NCBI GenBank assembly: GCA_030390025.1
Contig: CM059438.1
Coordinates: 60,266,001-60,330,000, forward strand
Direction of reading: 5' to 3'
DNA length: 64,000 nt
Source of the DNA: Squalus acanthias
Taxonomy: Eukaryota
Below, in pieces: positions 37,601-48,599 of this stretch. The first letter of the stretch is position 1. The number at the start of each line of letters is the position of its first letter. The notes below the pieces were generated by a model. The model searched no databases. It had not been told where the DNA came from and saw nothing but the letters and a program-made list of their open reading frames with translations. The translations under genes and the position numbers were made by a program.

Positions 37601-40600
37601 AACAGGATCGGATATTTCTGGAACCCACTTGGATGCCAAGGAAAGTGACCCAGTCTGAGGGCTGGTGCCCGGGGGGTGTTTGAGAAACGAGCCCAGTGGG
37701 CGGGAGGCTGGCAGGGTCTCGACGGAGACACATTTTACTGTGTGGGTGTGGGATGTATGTGGATGTCGGTGTGTCCCATTACTCAGTAATTGTGCAATAA
37801 TCCCACAGTCCACACCGTGGGTTAACACTGGCTCTGCCCTCACTCTCTGTAGTCATAAATGCGACTTATTTCCCAGGGAAATCATTGATATTTCCTCATT
37901 GGAATGGAGTTCCATGGCAGTTAATGTCTGACAGGAAAACTGTTCTATTAGATTATCTGTTCTTGGGATGTGGGTGATGTGGTAAAGGACACATTTATAG
38001 CCCAGTCCCAGTTGGTAGAATACTCATTTCATATATTGTATGTACCCGTATTTATCTCGATGTACCTTGAAGTACCGATGTGTAGTTGTATGTATTTGTA
38101 TATACTTAGAAGTACCTGTACCTGTCTTTATTTATGGGTAAGTATATGTGCCTGTATGTACTTGTTTGTTCTTATAAGTACGTGTATACACACATGTAAT
38201 TGTATGTTGCCCCTCGGTAACATCATGTGGAGACACAGAATCATCTTTCCATGGTATGCTGATGACATCCAGTTCTACCTCTTCACCACTTCTCTCAACT
38301 CCCCAATTGACTTTGTGTTGTCGGGATGCTTGTCAGACAACACAAAGCCCATCAGTGGTGCAAGGAGGGTGGAGAATACAGTTGGTCGTCAGTCCTGGAT
38401 GAGTCACAATTCAATTCAAAAGCCTCGTCCTTCCCTCTAAGTCCCTCCGTGGCCTTGTCCCACCCTGTCTGTTGTAGTGTTTCTCTCCAGGTGAGCCACT
38501 GCCTGATCCAACTCGGCCTATTCCCTTTAATATTCCTCTTTTTCAAGCAACTATCTAATTCCCTTTTAAAAGAATCGACGGATTTGCTTCAACACTGGTT
38601 TGTGGCCGAGAATTCCAGATTCCAATCAGCCTCTGTGAAAAGAATTTGTTTCACCCTCTCCTTTAATTCTTTCTGTGATTATTGGAATTTTAGGCCCTCT
38701 AACTATCATGTTGGGGACAGTGGAAACAATCTCTCACGATTTACCTGCTCAGAACCTTCCACAATCTTAAAGACCTCTATCAGGTCACCTTTCTCAGATC
38801 CGGTGAAGAAAAGCCCCACCGTCTCAAGTTTCTCTGCATAACTGTGGGCCCTCATCCCTGGTAACATCCCAGTGAATCCACACTGCACCTTTCCCATTGC
38901 TTCTGTGTCCTTCCTATAATAGTGTCCAAGACTGTGCACTATTCTCCACACTGGGGCACAGTTCGGTGCTACGGCAGTGCAGAAGCTGGGCCAGACTAAT
39001 TGGCGGTGGTTGAAGAAATGCAGGGCATGAATCATTCATTAAAGAAGCTGCAACTTGGAACAAAAACCCAGAAGAGAAAACGCCAGAAAGGTGTCATTCT
39101 GTCTCCTATTTTAGAAAAATTTGAGAAGAAATTCCAGAGGCCAAAGTATCCAGCAATTGAACATAAGAAATAGGAGCAGGAGTAGGCCATTGGGCCCTGA
39201 TCCCGAGGTGGAACAGTATCCGTCTGAGGAGACGGACACTGCGAAGCGAGGCTTGAGTATGTAGCTCCTCTTGACTCGGAACTGTGCTGTGCCGTGAATC
39301 AGAGAAGCAGACTGCCGAGCTTAAACACAGCTGTCAAATTATTACCTGATAGAAATTTCTGTTCCTTTTTTGAAAAGTTTAAAATTCTGGTGCTGCTAAA
39401 AGGAGCAGGGATGACTGAGCCCTCATCACACACAGATTCACTAAGTTACTCGATGTGTCAGCTGTGGCTCAGTGGTGGCACTCACCTCTGGGTCAGAACA
39501 TTGTGGGTACCGGTTCTACTCCAGAGACTTGAGAGCAAAATCTAGGCTGACTCTCCAATGCTGCACTGTGGGAGGTGCCATCTTTTGGATGAGACATTAA
39601 ATTGAGGCCCTGTCTGCCCTCGCAGGTGGATGTAAAATAGCCCATGGCACTATTTGAAGAAGAGCAGGGGAGTTGTCCCCAGAGTCCTGGCTTTGCACAA
39701 ATTGGCTGCTGCATTTCCTACATTACATTTCAAAAGTACTTTATTGGCTGTAAACCGCTTTGGGACATCCGAAGATCGTGAAAGGCGCTCTATAAATGCA
39801 AGCCTTTCTTTTTTTTCTTTCTTGTTTCAATTTATGTTTTTACATTTTCCCTACTCTTACTTCCAAATGTATTTCGTGTACTTTGCGACATTGAACTTCA
39901 TCTGCCCATCCTGCGACCAATCAGTGTCTTACAAGCTCTGTGTCAGAATGGGCCACATTCCCTAATTGGGGGTCATTGGCAAATCTCGATATTGATTCCT
40001 CAATTCCTCAGTCCAGATCATTAATGGACACAGTGAATAAGATGGCGGCTCACAAAGACATCGGGAAACATCGCTCACCGTACCTTTCCATTCCCACTAA
40101 CTTCCTTTCTGCCCTCCAATCATCTCTCCCCAAGTGGTTGCATTAGTAATTCCTTCTGCTATTATACAGTCTAGTGGTTTACCAAAAATTGAAGTGAGAC
40201 TATAAATTCCTGGCTTGTCCCTGCCTCCTTGTTCGAAGAGGAGAATTATATTTCCCACCAGTCCCCTAGCACAATTTTACTTTTCACAAGATTTGGAAAA
40301 TTATAGTGGGACCTGTGATATTTCCTCCCTAGTTTCCCTTCAGGATCCTTGGATCCCAAGGAAACTGACCCAGTCCGACGGGTCAGTGCTTTTTGTCTGT
40401 TAGGTTAGAGTAACTTAAAGAATTGTTACCTGCAGAGAACAGCTCTCTGGTCAAATATATCACACTGCAGAGTGAAGCACTCAGTTCTCAGCCCCACTAA
40501 TGTAGCCAAGCCCTAACCTTATAATGGCTCACTGCATCGGTGTGTCATTTTCATTTCCCACATTAGTTATCTCTGAAAGAGAATTTAGTGCCACATCAGG

Positions 40601-40893
40601 ACACAGTTCTGTACGACAACAGTGCGTAAGCTAGCCCAGACTAACTGGAGGTGTTTTAAGAAAAGCAGGGAGTGAATCATTCATTAAAGAAGCTGCAACT
40701 TGGACCAAAAACTCCAAAGTCAAAATGCCAGAAAGATTTAATTCTGTATCCTCTTTCAGAAAAGATTGCGAATAAATTCCGGAAGCCAAAAGCTCCGGTT
40801 CAGGAAGAGGCTCCGGCTGAGGGAGAGGCTCCGGCTGAGGGAGAGGCTCCGGCTGAGCGAGAGGCTCCGGCTGAGGAAGAGGCTGAGCAATGA
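34534..40893 (+). CDS. Secreted cationic amphipathic (antimicrobial-like) peptide precursor, 139 aa; join(34534..34603,35038..35103,36368..36433,37432..37515,40760..40893)
   Basis: All introns are GT-AG and phase 1 (gtgagt/gtaagt donors, pyrimidine-rich acceptors). The 420-nt spliced ORF reads [139 protein letters not shown]. Confidence 0.85.
35038..35103 (+). CDS. Precursor exon 2 (acidic propiece)
   Basis: ttctatttattccag|...CTGG|gtaagt, 66 nt. Confidence 0.85.
35835..36235 (+). mobile_element. CR1 3' fragment (intronic)
   Basis: [20 protein letters not shown] motif and CR1 tail. Confidence 0.75.
36368..36433 (+). CDS. Precursor exon 3 (duplicate of exon 2)
   Basis: tattcatttcag|...CTGG|gtaagt, 66 nt. 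Confidence 0.85.
36520..37075 (+). mobile_element. CR1 3' fragment (intronic)
   Basis: LVRPHLE..LGLYSLE..LRGDL remnants. Confidence 0.75.
37432..37515 (+). CDS. Precursor exon 4 (KR site and N-terminal part of the mature peptide, which starts at 37464)
   Basis: ctgtttctttag|...ATGA|gtaagt, 84 nt. Confidence 0.85.
39115..39173 (+). CDS. Alternative or pseudo exon 5a of the precursor ([19 protein letters not shown])
   Basis: Paralog of exon 40760-40918 together with its flanking intron. The stop codon comes from a ~40-bp antisense CR1/SINE tail insertion. Confidence 0.55.
39455..39820 (+). mobile_element. SacSINE1-like SINE (intronic)
   Basis: tRNA-like head gtgtcagctgtggctcagtgg, Deu domain, L2-like tail. 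Confidence 0.8.
40760..40893 (+). CDS. Precursor exon 5b (C-terminal part of the mature peptide and acidic EAPAEx tail); the exon ends at 40918
   Basis: cctctttcag| acceptor, 18-bp repeats, TGA at 40891-40893, donor gtaagt at 40919. Confidence 0.8.
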
Positions 40894-40974
40894 GCTAACA
40901 CTACGAAGTGAGGCCTGGGTAAGTAGAAGTCATTCCCGGCTCTCTTGTCTCTGAGCTGATCTGTGTTGTGAATT

Positions 40975-41960
40975 CTCGGTTGCTGACGGATGTAAGGGTG
41001 GAAATAGCAGAGGCTTTGACCACGATCTTTCAATCCTCCTTGGATCTGGGGTGGTGCCAGAGGACTGGAGGATTGCAAATGTTACAACCCTGTTCTAAAA
41101 AGGGTCAAGAGATAAACCAGGTAACTAGAGGCCAGTTAATGAGTAAAGCAGCCAGAATGTGCATGGTGCTGCCTTGTATAAGGGGCCGCCGGTGATTTAA
41201 CCCTGAGATCCAGGTGGAGAGCCTGTGTGTTGCAGGTGAAGGATAATTACGATGAGACGTTCTGGATATATTCGGGAGAGAGCCGTATATCCAAGTTTGC
41301 CAACGACACCAAGTTAGGAGGCATGTTAAGTAGTGTAACTGGGAGCAGAAAGATGCAAAGGGACATTGATAGATTAAGTGTTTGGACAAAACTGTGGCAG
41401 ATAGAGTTCAATGTGGGGAAACGTGAGGTCATCCACTTTGGACCTCAGAAAGATAGATCAGAGTATTTTCTAAATGGTGTGAAGTTAGGAACTATGGAGG
41501 AGCAGAGAGATTTAGGGGTCCAGGTACAGAAATCACTAAAAGCTGGTGGTCAGGTACAAAAAAATGATTAAAAAGTTAATGGAATGTTGGCCTTTATCTC
41601 AAGAGGGCTGGAATACAAAGGGGTGGAAGTTATGTTCCAGTTCCATAAATCTCTGGTCAGACCCTATCTGGACACTGCATTCAGTTCAGGGCACGGCCCC
41701 TCAGGAAGGATATATTGGCCTTGGAGGGGATGCAGCGCAGACTCACCAGAACGATACCTGGGCTAAATTATGAGGACAGGTTTCATCAAATAACTCAATC
41801 AAGTTTGTCAGACACGATTTGCCTTTAACAAATCCATGTTGCCTGTCATTTATGAACCCATGTTTTTCCAAGTAACAATTCATTTTGTCCCGGATTGTGG
41901 TGTCTAGAATTTCCCCACCACCAAAGTTCGGCTGACTGGCCTGTGGTTACCGGGTGTAGG
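40975..41960. mobile_element. CR1 RT fragments (mostly plus strand)
   Basis: ISKFANDTKLGG..MQRDIDRL..FNVGK. Confidence 0.75.
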
Positions 41961-42307
41961 TGTAATACTGAACAAGGGAATTCAATGAGAAGAATGACTA
42001 GTTTATGTTCTATCTGCTGCAGGTTGATTGATCTCATCCTCCATGGAGCGAAGGACCATTTAATGAAGGATGGACATCGAACTACAACTCTGGCTATTCG
42101 CCTCCATGTGCTGAAATGAAGAAATTGCTGATTATAATTTAATGAGCTGAAATCACTGCTGCTGATTTCGGAATATTTGCTTGTGAGGGTCAGTGTGACT
42201 CTGAGTCTCTGAATTCCATCAGCTCACTCTGAAAGTACAAACATGTGAAAATGGCACAAAACCCACTGATTACAAATGGAAACAGCAACTAACACTTTAA
42301 ATTACAG

Positions 42308-42645
42308 CTCAGGCCATCCAACAAGTGCCTGAAAACATCAAACAAATCAGTGTAACACGTTCATAGTGGGCACTGGTCGGAGCCCTGGAGAATACTGCTG
42401 GTTCGATCCAATAATAACTGGCCCCAATTAGACTTTAGTTTAAACAGGGGCACCGTTTGAACCAGTGACTGATGACATACTGATGCTGTAATATTTCAGA
42501 GTGTCGTTAATTAAACTCATATCACTGATGGAATCAGTGCCTCACAGCCCCTCCCTTGCTGCTAGTGCCTGTACGCTTAACACAAACTCAGCTTGTTTTG
42601 CAAAGCATATAAAAAATGAATAAAAACAAATGCATGAAAGAGTTG
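42308..42645 (+). other. Probable 3' UTR exon and polyA signal of the precursor gene
   Basis: Candidate acceptor taaattacag at 42307 (alternative at 42022); AATAAA at 42619 followed by GT/T-rich sequence. Confidence 0.4.
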
Positions 42646-43039
42646 GTGTTTCTCAATTCCTTCTGTGATTAATTCTGACGGTGGTTTCAGGCACCCCCTA
42701 GAGTTCACATTGCTATAACGCAGCCAGACAGTATTTGGTGCTGTTTACACAGCTCCACCATCCTTACTCATTGTACTAGTGCAGCATTTACTGCAATGTT
42801 AGACATTTACAATAATGTGCTGAGTTTGTTCATTTCCTGAACGTCCATAATATTTACAGCCGCGTTTCCCAGACACATCTGCCTGTTGATACTTGAGATA
42901 CTGAGACTGTTTCTGCTGGAGCATAGAAGGCTAGGAGGTGATTATAATAGAAGCTATTGTTTTACAAGGGGCACCAGGGAATAACGTTTGGTAATGACTT
43001 TGGCCTGTCATTTTCTCACGGACAAATTTTACAACAGCA

Positions 43040-43740
43040 ATAATTTACATTTATCTGGCGCCTTTAATGCAGTAAAATGTTCCAAGGCGCTTCACAGGAG
43101 CATTATCAGACAAAAAGCATCGACACCGAACCAGAGGAGACATTCGGACAGGAGACCAAATGCTTGGTCAAGGAGGTAGATTTTTAGGAGGGACCTATAG
43201 GAGGAGCGGTGGAGAGGTTTAGGGAGGGAATTCCGGAGCTTAGCTCTTTGACGGCTGAAGGCCTAGCCGCCAATGGTGGGGCGAAGGAAGTCAGGGATGG
43301 ACAAGACACCAGAATTGGAGGAATGCAGAGTTCTCGGAGGGTTGTAGGGCTGGAGGTGGTTACAGAGATAGGGAGGGATTTGAACACGAGGAGGAGAATT
43401 TTAAATTGAGGCATTGGTAGACCGGGAACCAATGTTAATCAGCAAGCACGGGGGTGATGGGTGAACAGGACTTGGTGTGAGTTAGGATACGGGCAGCAGA
43501 GTTTTGGATGAGCTCAAGTTTACGGAGGGTGGATGGTGGGAGGCCGGCCGGGAGAGCGTTGGAATAATTGAGTCCAGAGGTGACAGAGGGTTTCTCTGGC
43601 AGATGTGCTGAGGTAGGGGTGGGGACGGGCGATGTTACGGAGGTGGAATTGGGACCGAGAGGATATGGTGTTGAAAGCTCAGCTCAGGGTCAAACAGGAT
43701 GCGATCAGTCTGGTTCAACCCGAGACCGTGGCCAGGGAGG
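43040..43740 (-). mobile_element. L2 3' fragment
   Basis: FKILLLVFKSL..WNSLPKPL remnants and L2 tail. Confidence 0.75.
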
Positions 43741-44872
43741 GGATTGGAATTCATTCATACCTACCATCAGTATTTCATTCTGACATCAGTCTATTTGTGA
43801 CCCAGTCAGCTCACTGGGCCTCCCCACTGTACATCCCCCCCACCCCCCTCTCCAACTCCTCCAAGTCCAGTGGCTAACCTACTGGATAGGCCCCACTCCT
43901 CCTTGTGTATTCCCAGCACTGCTGGCCCTGATTGGCCCCTCCATATACTATAGCCAGGAATTCTGGTGAGGGCGGGGGGCTGTGGAAGAGTGCCTGTTGG
44001 TCTGGTTCACCAGTTGAAAATCCAAATGTTATTTTTCTCCTGATTAAAAAGTTATGAATTGTGAAGTTTTTGGCTGTCTCACTGGCAGAAGGCAGTCTGC
44101 AGGAAGGTGCCGCCCTTTAATGTTACTCAAGGCTCCGTCTGCCGGCACCAATGGTTTGGGCAGCCATTAAATAGTTTTTTTAGAATTCATTCTTGGGATG
44201 TGGGTGTCGCCGGCAAGGCCAGCATTTATTGCACGTCCCTAGATGCTCTGTCGGGAGTGGTCTGCTAGACCCCTTCACAGCATTGGTGTGGGACTGGAGT
44301 CACGTATAGGCCAGACCCGGTAAGGACGGCAGATTTCCTTCCCTGAAGGACATTAGTGAACCAGAGGAGATTTTACGACAATCTGGTAGTTTCATGGTCA
44401 CTTTTATTGATACCAGCTATCTATTTCTGAATTCTCAAACTGCCATGGTGAGATTATTAGTCCAGGGCTCTGGATTAGTCCAGAGTAAGGGGAGAGAGCA
44501 GGAATATGGTATTGAGATAGAGGATCAGCCATGATCATATTGAATGGCGGAGCAGGCTCGAAGGGCCGAATGGCCTACTCCTGCTCCTATTTTTCTTTGT
44601 TTTCTAACATAACCACTGCGCTACCGTACCCATGGCACTAGTTGAAGAGCAGGGCACTCTGCCAGTGTTCTGGCCAACATTCCTCCCCTCAACACCATCA
44701 CCACCAAATGCAGATTAACTGGTCAATTTCTCATTCACTTTGTGAGATCTTAACTGCACATAAAATGCATAAAGAGGTCCCTACACCACAGTGTACTTCA
44801 CTGGGTTTGTGAAACTCAGCCATTTGTGAGACATGTCATAAGACGCTTTATCAATAATGTTGATCTTCCTGA

Positions 44873-45195
44873 GGGCAACACGGTGGCATAGTGGTTAACA
44901 CTGTTGCCTCACAGCGCCAGGGACCCGGGTTCGAATCCGGCCACGGGTGACTGTCTGTGTGGAGTTTGCACATTCTCCCCGTGTCTGCGTGGGTTTCCTC
45001 CGGGTGCTCCGGTTTCCTCCCACAGTCCAAAGATGTGCGGGTTAGGTTGATTTGGCTATGATAAATTGACCCTTTGTGTTAGGGGGGTTAAATACGTGGG
45101 GTTACGGGGATAGGGTGGGATATGTGTCGGTGCAGGCTCGATGGGCCGAAATGGCCTCTATCTGCACTGTGGGGATTGTGGGGATTCTGTGATTC
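44873..45195 (+). mobile_element. HE1-like V-SINE
   Basis: Same head and V-domain as 4044-4473. Confidence 0.9.
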
Positions 45196-45803
45196 TTTTT
45201 CCATTCCATTCAGTTAGCACAGGCATTATTCACACAAGAAGCTACGGCTTGATTCGCGACAGACACAGTTCTCTCACATTAGTGTCACTTCACCTCACAG
45301 GAGCTTCGAGAGGGAGCTGAAGAGAGTGACCTGGGAAATGCAATTCTTTCATACTGAACACAAGAGAAACCAGCCAAAGGGAGAAAAAGGTTTATTTCAG
45401 AAATGCTGAATAAACTATTACCCAAATCACCACAGCAATATGTTAACCATTGGACTTTTCTTTGAAAATAATGTCGACACCAGTAAAAACTGGAGTTTAG
45501 AGATGGTACAGCCAGAAAGTGCTGAAGCTTTGCGTAATGTTTGTAACTCGTACGACATTCTCCAGAATTCCTCTCGAGTGGCTGTTCACAGAGACGGCAC
45601 CGACTGGGGACGGAGACAGACCCCTCTGTATATCACTCAAATTTACACTAACTCACAACCGCTAGCTCCCCCATCAAGGGATAAGGCAAATCGCAGCCAA
45701 ACACCATGACAGGCTATCAGAATTCTGACCGTCCCTCAGTGAAAGTCGCGCCATTCCCTGTGGATACATTTAATGAGGGTACCGCGGGGGTGGGGGGAAC
45801 TAG

Positions 45804-45836
<33 letters not shown>

Positions 45837-45844
45837 TAAGGCAT

Positions 45845-46561
45845 TCATTTCAGGAGGCTGCGCAGCTGCTGCAGGGAGTGGAGGATGTGGGCCGTGGGAA
45901 CCAGTCCAATCGCTCCGGCGGGCGCCTCGTCCCCTCTGCTGATCAGATAGCTCTCCATCCCCACAGCTCTGGCTGCCAGATAATCCATCCACACATCGTC
46001 TCCTATGTGCGTGGCCTGCTCGGGCTCCACTTGGGCGAGGCCCAGGGCTTCGATGAAGATCCGATGGTCCGGCTTGGCCGTTCCAACGTCCTCCGACGTC
46101 AACACGAACTCGAAATGCTGCCGCAGGTCGCAGTTGGCTAAAATCTGCTCTAAGCGCCGGTCGAAGTTGGAAATCACCGCCATGCGGATGCCCAGCCTGT
46201 TGCAGTGAATCAGGGTGTCCTTCACGTCGCCGAACACCTCCCAGTTCCTCGCGCTGCAGAACCCTCGATAAAGGTTCTCCGCCAGTGGGGACAATACCCG
46301 CTCATCGCTCACCCCGCAGAGCCGAAAGGTGCGTTTCACCATGTCCACCCACCACTGCTGGGAGCTCAGGCCCCGGCCGAGGCCGTAGTTGGGGAACAGC
46401 TGGTCCTGCGTTCGGAAGGCGGCCAGGAACGATCGGTCGAGAGCCTCAGCCTCCACCCGGACCCCGTGGAGCTTGGCCTCCGAGGAGTACAGCTCGCCAA
46501 CCGAGTGACGCACTCGGAGCAGAGTGTCCTTCACATCCCAGGTCAGCAACCTGGGCCTCAT
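45845..46561 (-). CDS. HDHD3: Haloacid dehalogenase-like hydrolase domain-containing protein 3
   Basis: LLTWDVKDTLL, ISNFDRRL, AKPD..IF, HIGDD...DY; 238 aa in one coding exon. Acceptor at 46604-46605, minus-strand AATAAA at 45391; neighbour of BSPRY as in other vertebrates. Confidence 0.95.
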   Translation of the reverse strand: MRPRLLTWDVKDTLLRVRHSVGELYSSEAKLHGVRVEAEALDRSFLAAFRTQDQLFPNYGLGRGLSSQQWWVDMVKRTFRLCGVSDERVLSPLAENLYRGFCSARNWEVFGDVKDTLIHCNRLGIRMAVISNFDRRLEQILANCDLRQHFEFVLTSEDVGTAKPDHRIFIEALGLAQVEPEQATHIGDDVWMDYLAARAVGMESYLISRGDEAPAGAIGLVPTAHILHSLQQLRSLLK

Positions 46562-46611
46562 CCTCAGTCACCTTCAGGTCAATCAATACCGATCCTGGCT
46601 ACACTGTGGGC

Positions 46612-47830
46612 AAAAGAACATGCATTTATATAGCGCCTTTCACAACCTCAGGATCTCTCAAAAGTGATTTACAGCCAATTAAGTACTTTTGAAGTGTAGT
46701 CACTGTTGTAACGTAGGAAACACAGCAGCCAATTTTGTGCACAGCAAGATCCCACAAACAACAATGTGATAATGAGCAGATAATGGCTCGGATTTTGCAG
46801 TCAGCGGCGAAGGAATGGCACTCGCCGTTCATTACACTTACAGCTGCCCACAGACTTTTTGTGGGCTTTTGAGCGACACCTTGCTGTCATCGGGAGTCTG
46901 AAACAGCGCAGCGCCCTCTACAGGGAATCTGGGACCTGTGTGAACACGGCAAGCAACCGTGTCTCTTCAACCAATCAGACTGCAGAATCCTCACTGAGGC
47001 ACGCAGAATCTAAACCAGGAAATATAAATTAGAATATTTAATTCATTGTAAAATCATGTACGGAAAGCAAACTAAAAAGAGAGGAAAAGAAAGATGGGAT
47101 TGAGAGAGAAGAGAGACAGAAAGAAAAAGCAAAAACAAAGTTAAATTTTTTTTAAATCACCAACAATTAAATTAATTAAGGAATGAGAGTCCACAACTGT
47201 AAAATTTAATGTTATGGGCCAGAGACGTTGTTTGGCAGTAATTAAGACTTATTACGCCATTAAAAATTCACTTACAGCTGAATGCACCAGCCCTAACTTT
47301 TTCTGGTGTGTTTAGTAGGTAACTAATGGGTAAGTACAGCAACTTCAGGACCGTACATGGATTTCAATGCCAAGTCTCTCGGCGAGGTACCAGTGGAGTG
47401 AAGCTTTGTGGAGGAGCAGGGCGACTCGGACAGCAACTTCCTGATTTCCGCGTTTAACTGAGCATGTGAAGGTGTTGTCTGATTTCATCCACAGTAACGG
47501 TGAGCGCTGTTAACTGGAAATTCTGGGTCAATCTGGGTTTTTTTTTTAAACTGATGTTGATTGAGGGATAAATATTGGCCAAGACACCAGGGAGAACTCC
47601 CCTGCTCTTCTTCGAATAGTGCCTTAGGGTCTTTTACATCCACCTGAGAGAGCAGACGGGGCCTCGGTTTAACGTCTCATCCAAAAGGTGGCACCTCTGA
47701 CAGTGCAGCGCTCCCTCAGCACTGCACTGGAGTACCAGCCTGGATTTTATGTTCAAGTTTCTGGAGTGGGGCTTGAACCCACCAACCTTCTGAGTCAGAG
47801 AGAAGAGTGCTACCCACTGAGCCACAGTTA
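46612..47830 (-). mobile_element. SacSINE1-like SINE with nested MITE-like insert (46785-47529, TSD AAT)
   Basis: SINE halves flank the insert at CAGATAAT; imperfect TIRs. Confidence 0.75.
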
Positions 47831-48599
47831 TCACCACTGTGTTAGTGGTGAAAGAGGGAATGGGAAAGTGATATTTAATTTAGCTTCAGAACATAGGAAT
47901 AGAATATTTAAAAGGGAAATTCCAGGCTGTGACATTCCAATAGACCGCACGCTAATGCCTCAATGTCTAGCTTTTGGCACTGATTAACTTTTCATTCGGG
48001 TACACGGTAAAAACAGGCAGAGCCTTTCATTCACCTGCTGACAGCTGCCTCGGAGAGATAGTAAGCAGCACCTTGTCACCACTGATGAAGTCACAGCTGC
48101 AACTAATGCTGGCTAACAATGTTAATTCTTGATGCACTCCACTAAAAGTGGAGTTAAGGCAAATTACTGGGGCTGAGAAGAGACAGCTTTATTCTGCATC
48201 TAATGGGAGTGCTTGATGCTGACACTGGGTTCTAACAGTGGCAGCACATTCCCCTCTCACCACAAAATTCACCCCAACAATTTCTTTTTGCAAAATGCAG
48301 GAGAGACTTAAACTTACAGATACCTCATATTTTGCTTCATCGCTTCAAAATCCCCCTATTGTAGTGAATACTTCTAATAACCCCTCACTCCACAGCAGTG
48401 ACCACCTACCTACAAGGCATAAGTCAGGAGTGTGAGGGAACATTCCACTTGTCTGGATGGGGACAGCTTCAACAACGCTCAAGAAGCTTATTAGAATATT
48501 TAAGAAATGATTTAAATGGTCGATCTATCCAAGCATTCCTTTCTTTTAGCATTTTTAGTGTTAGCAAATGTGGGAGAAAGGGAAATCTTAATCTTGTCT

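Noticed and set aside
40672..40759. N-terminal part of ORF 40672..40893
   Set aside because: It lies upstream of the acceptor at 40759 and is intron sequence duplicated at ~39030-39114.
34534..40893. Calling the peptide gene a cathelicidin or piscidin ortholog
   Set aside because: There is no four-cysteine cathelin domain, and piscidins lack a long N-terminal acidic propiece with KR. The resemblance is architectural only, so no gene symbol was given.
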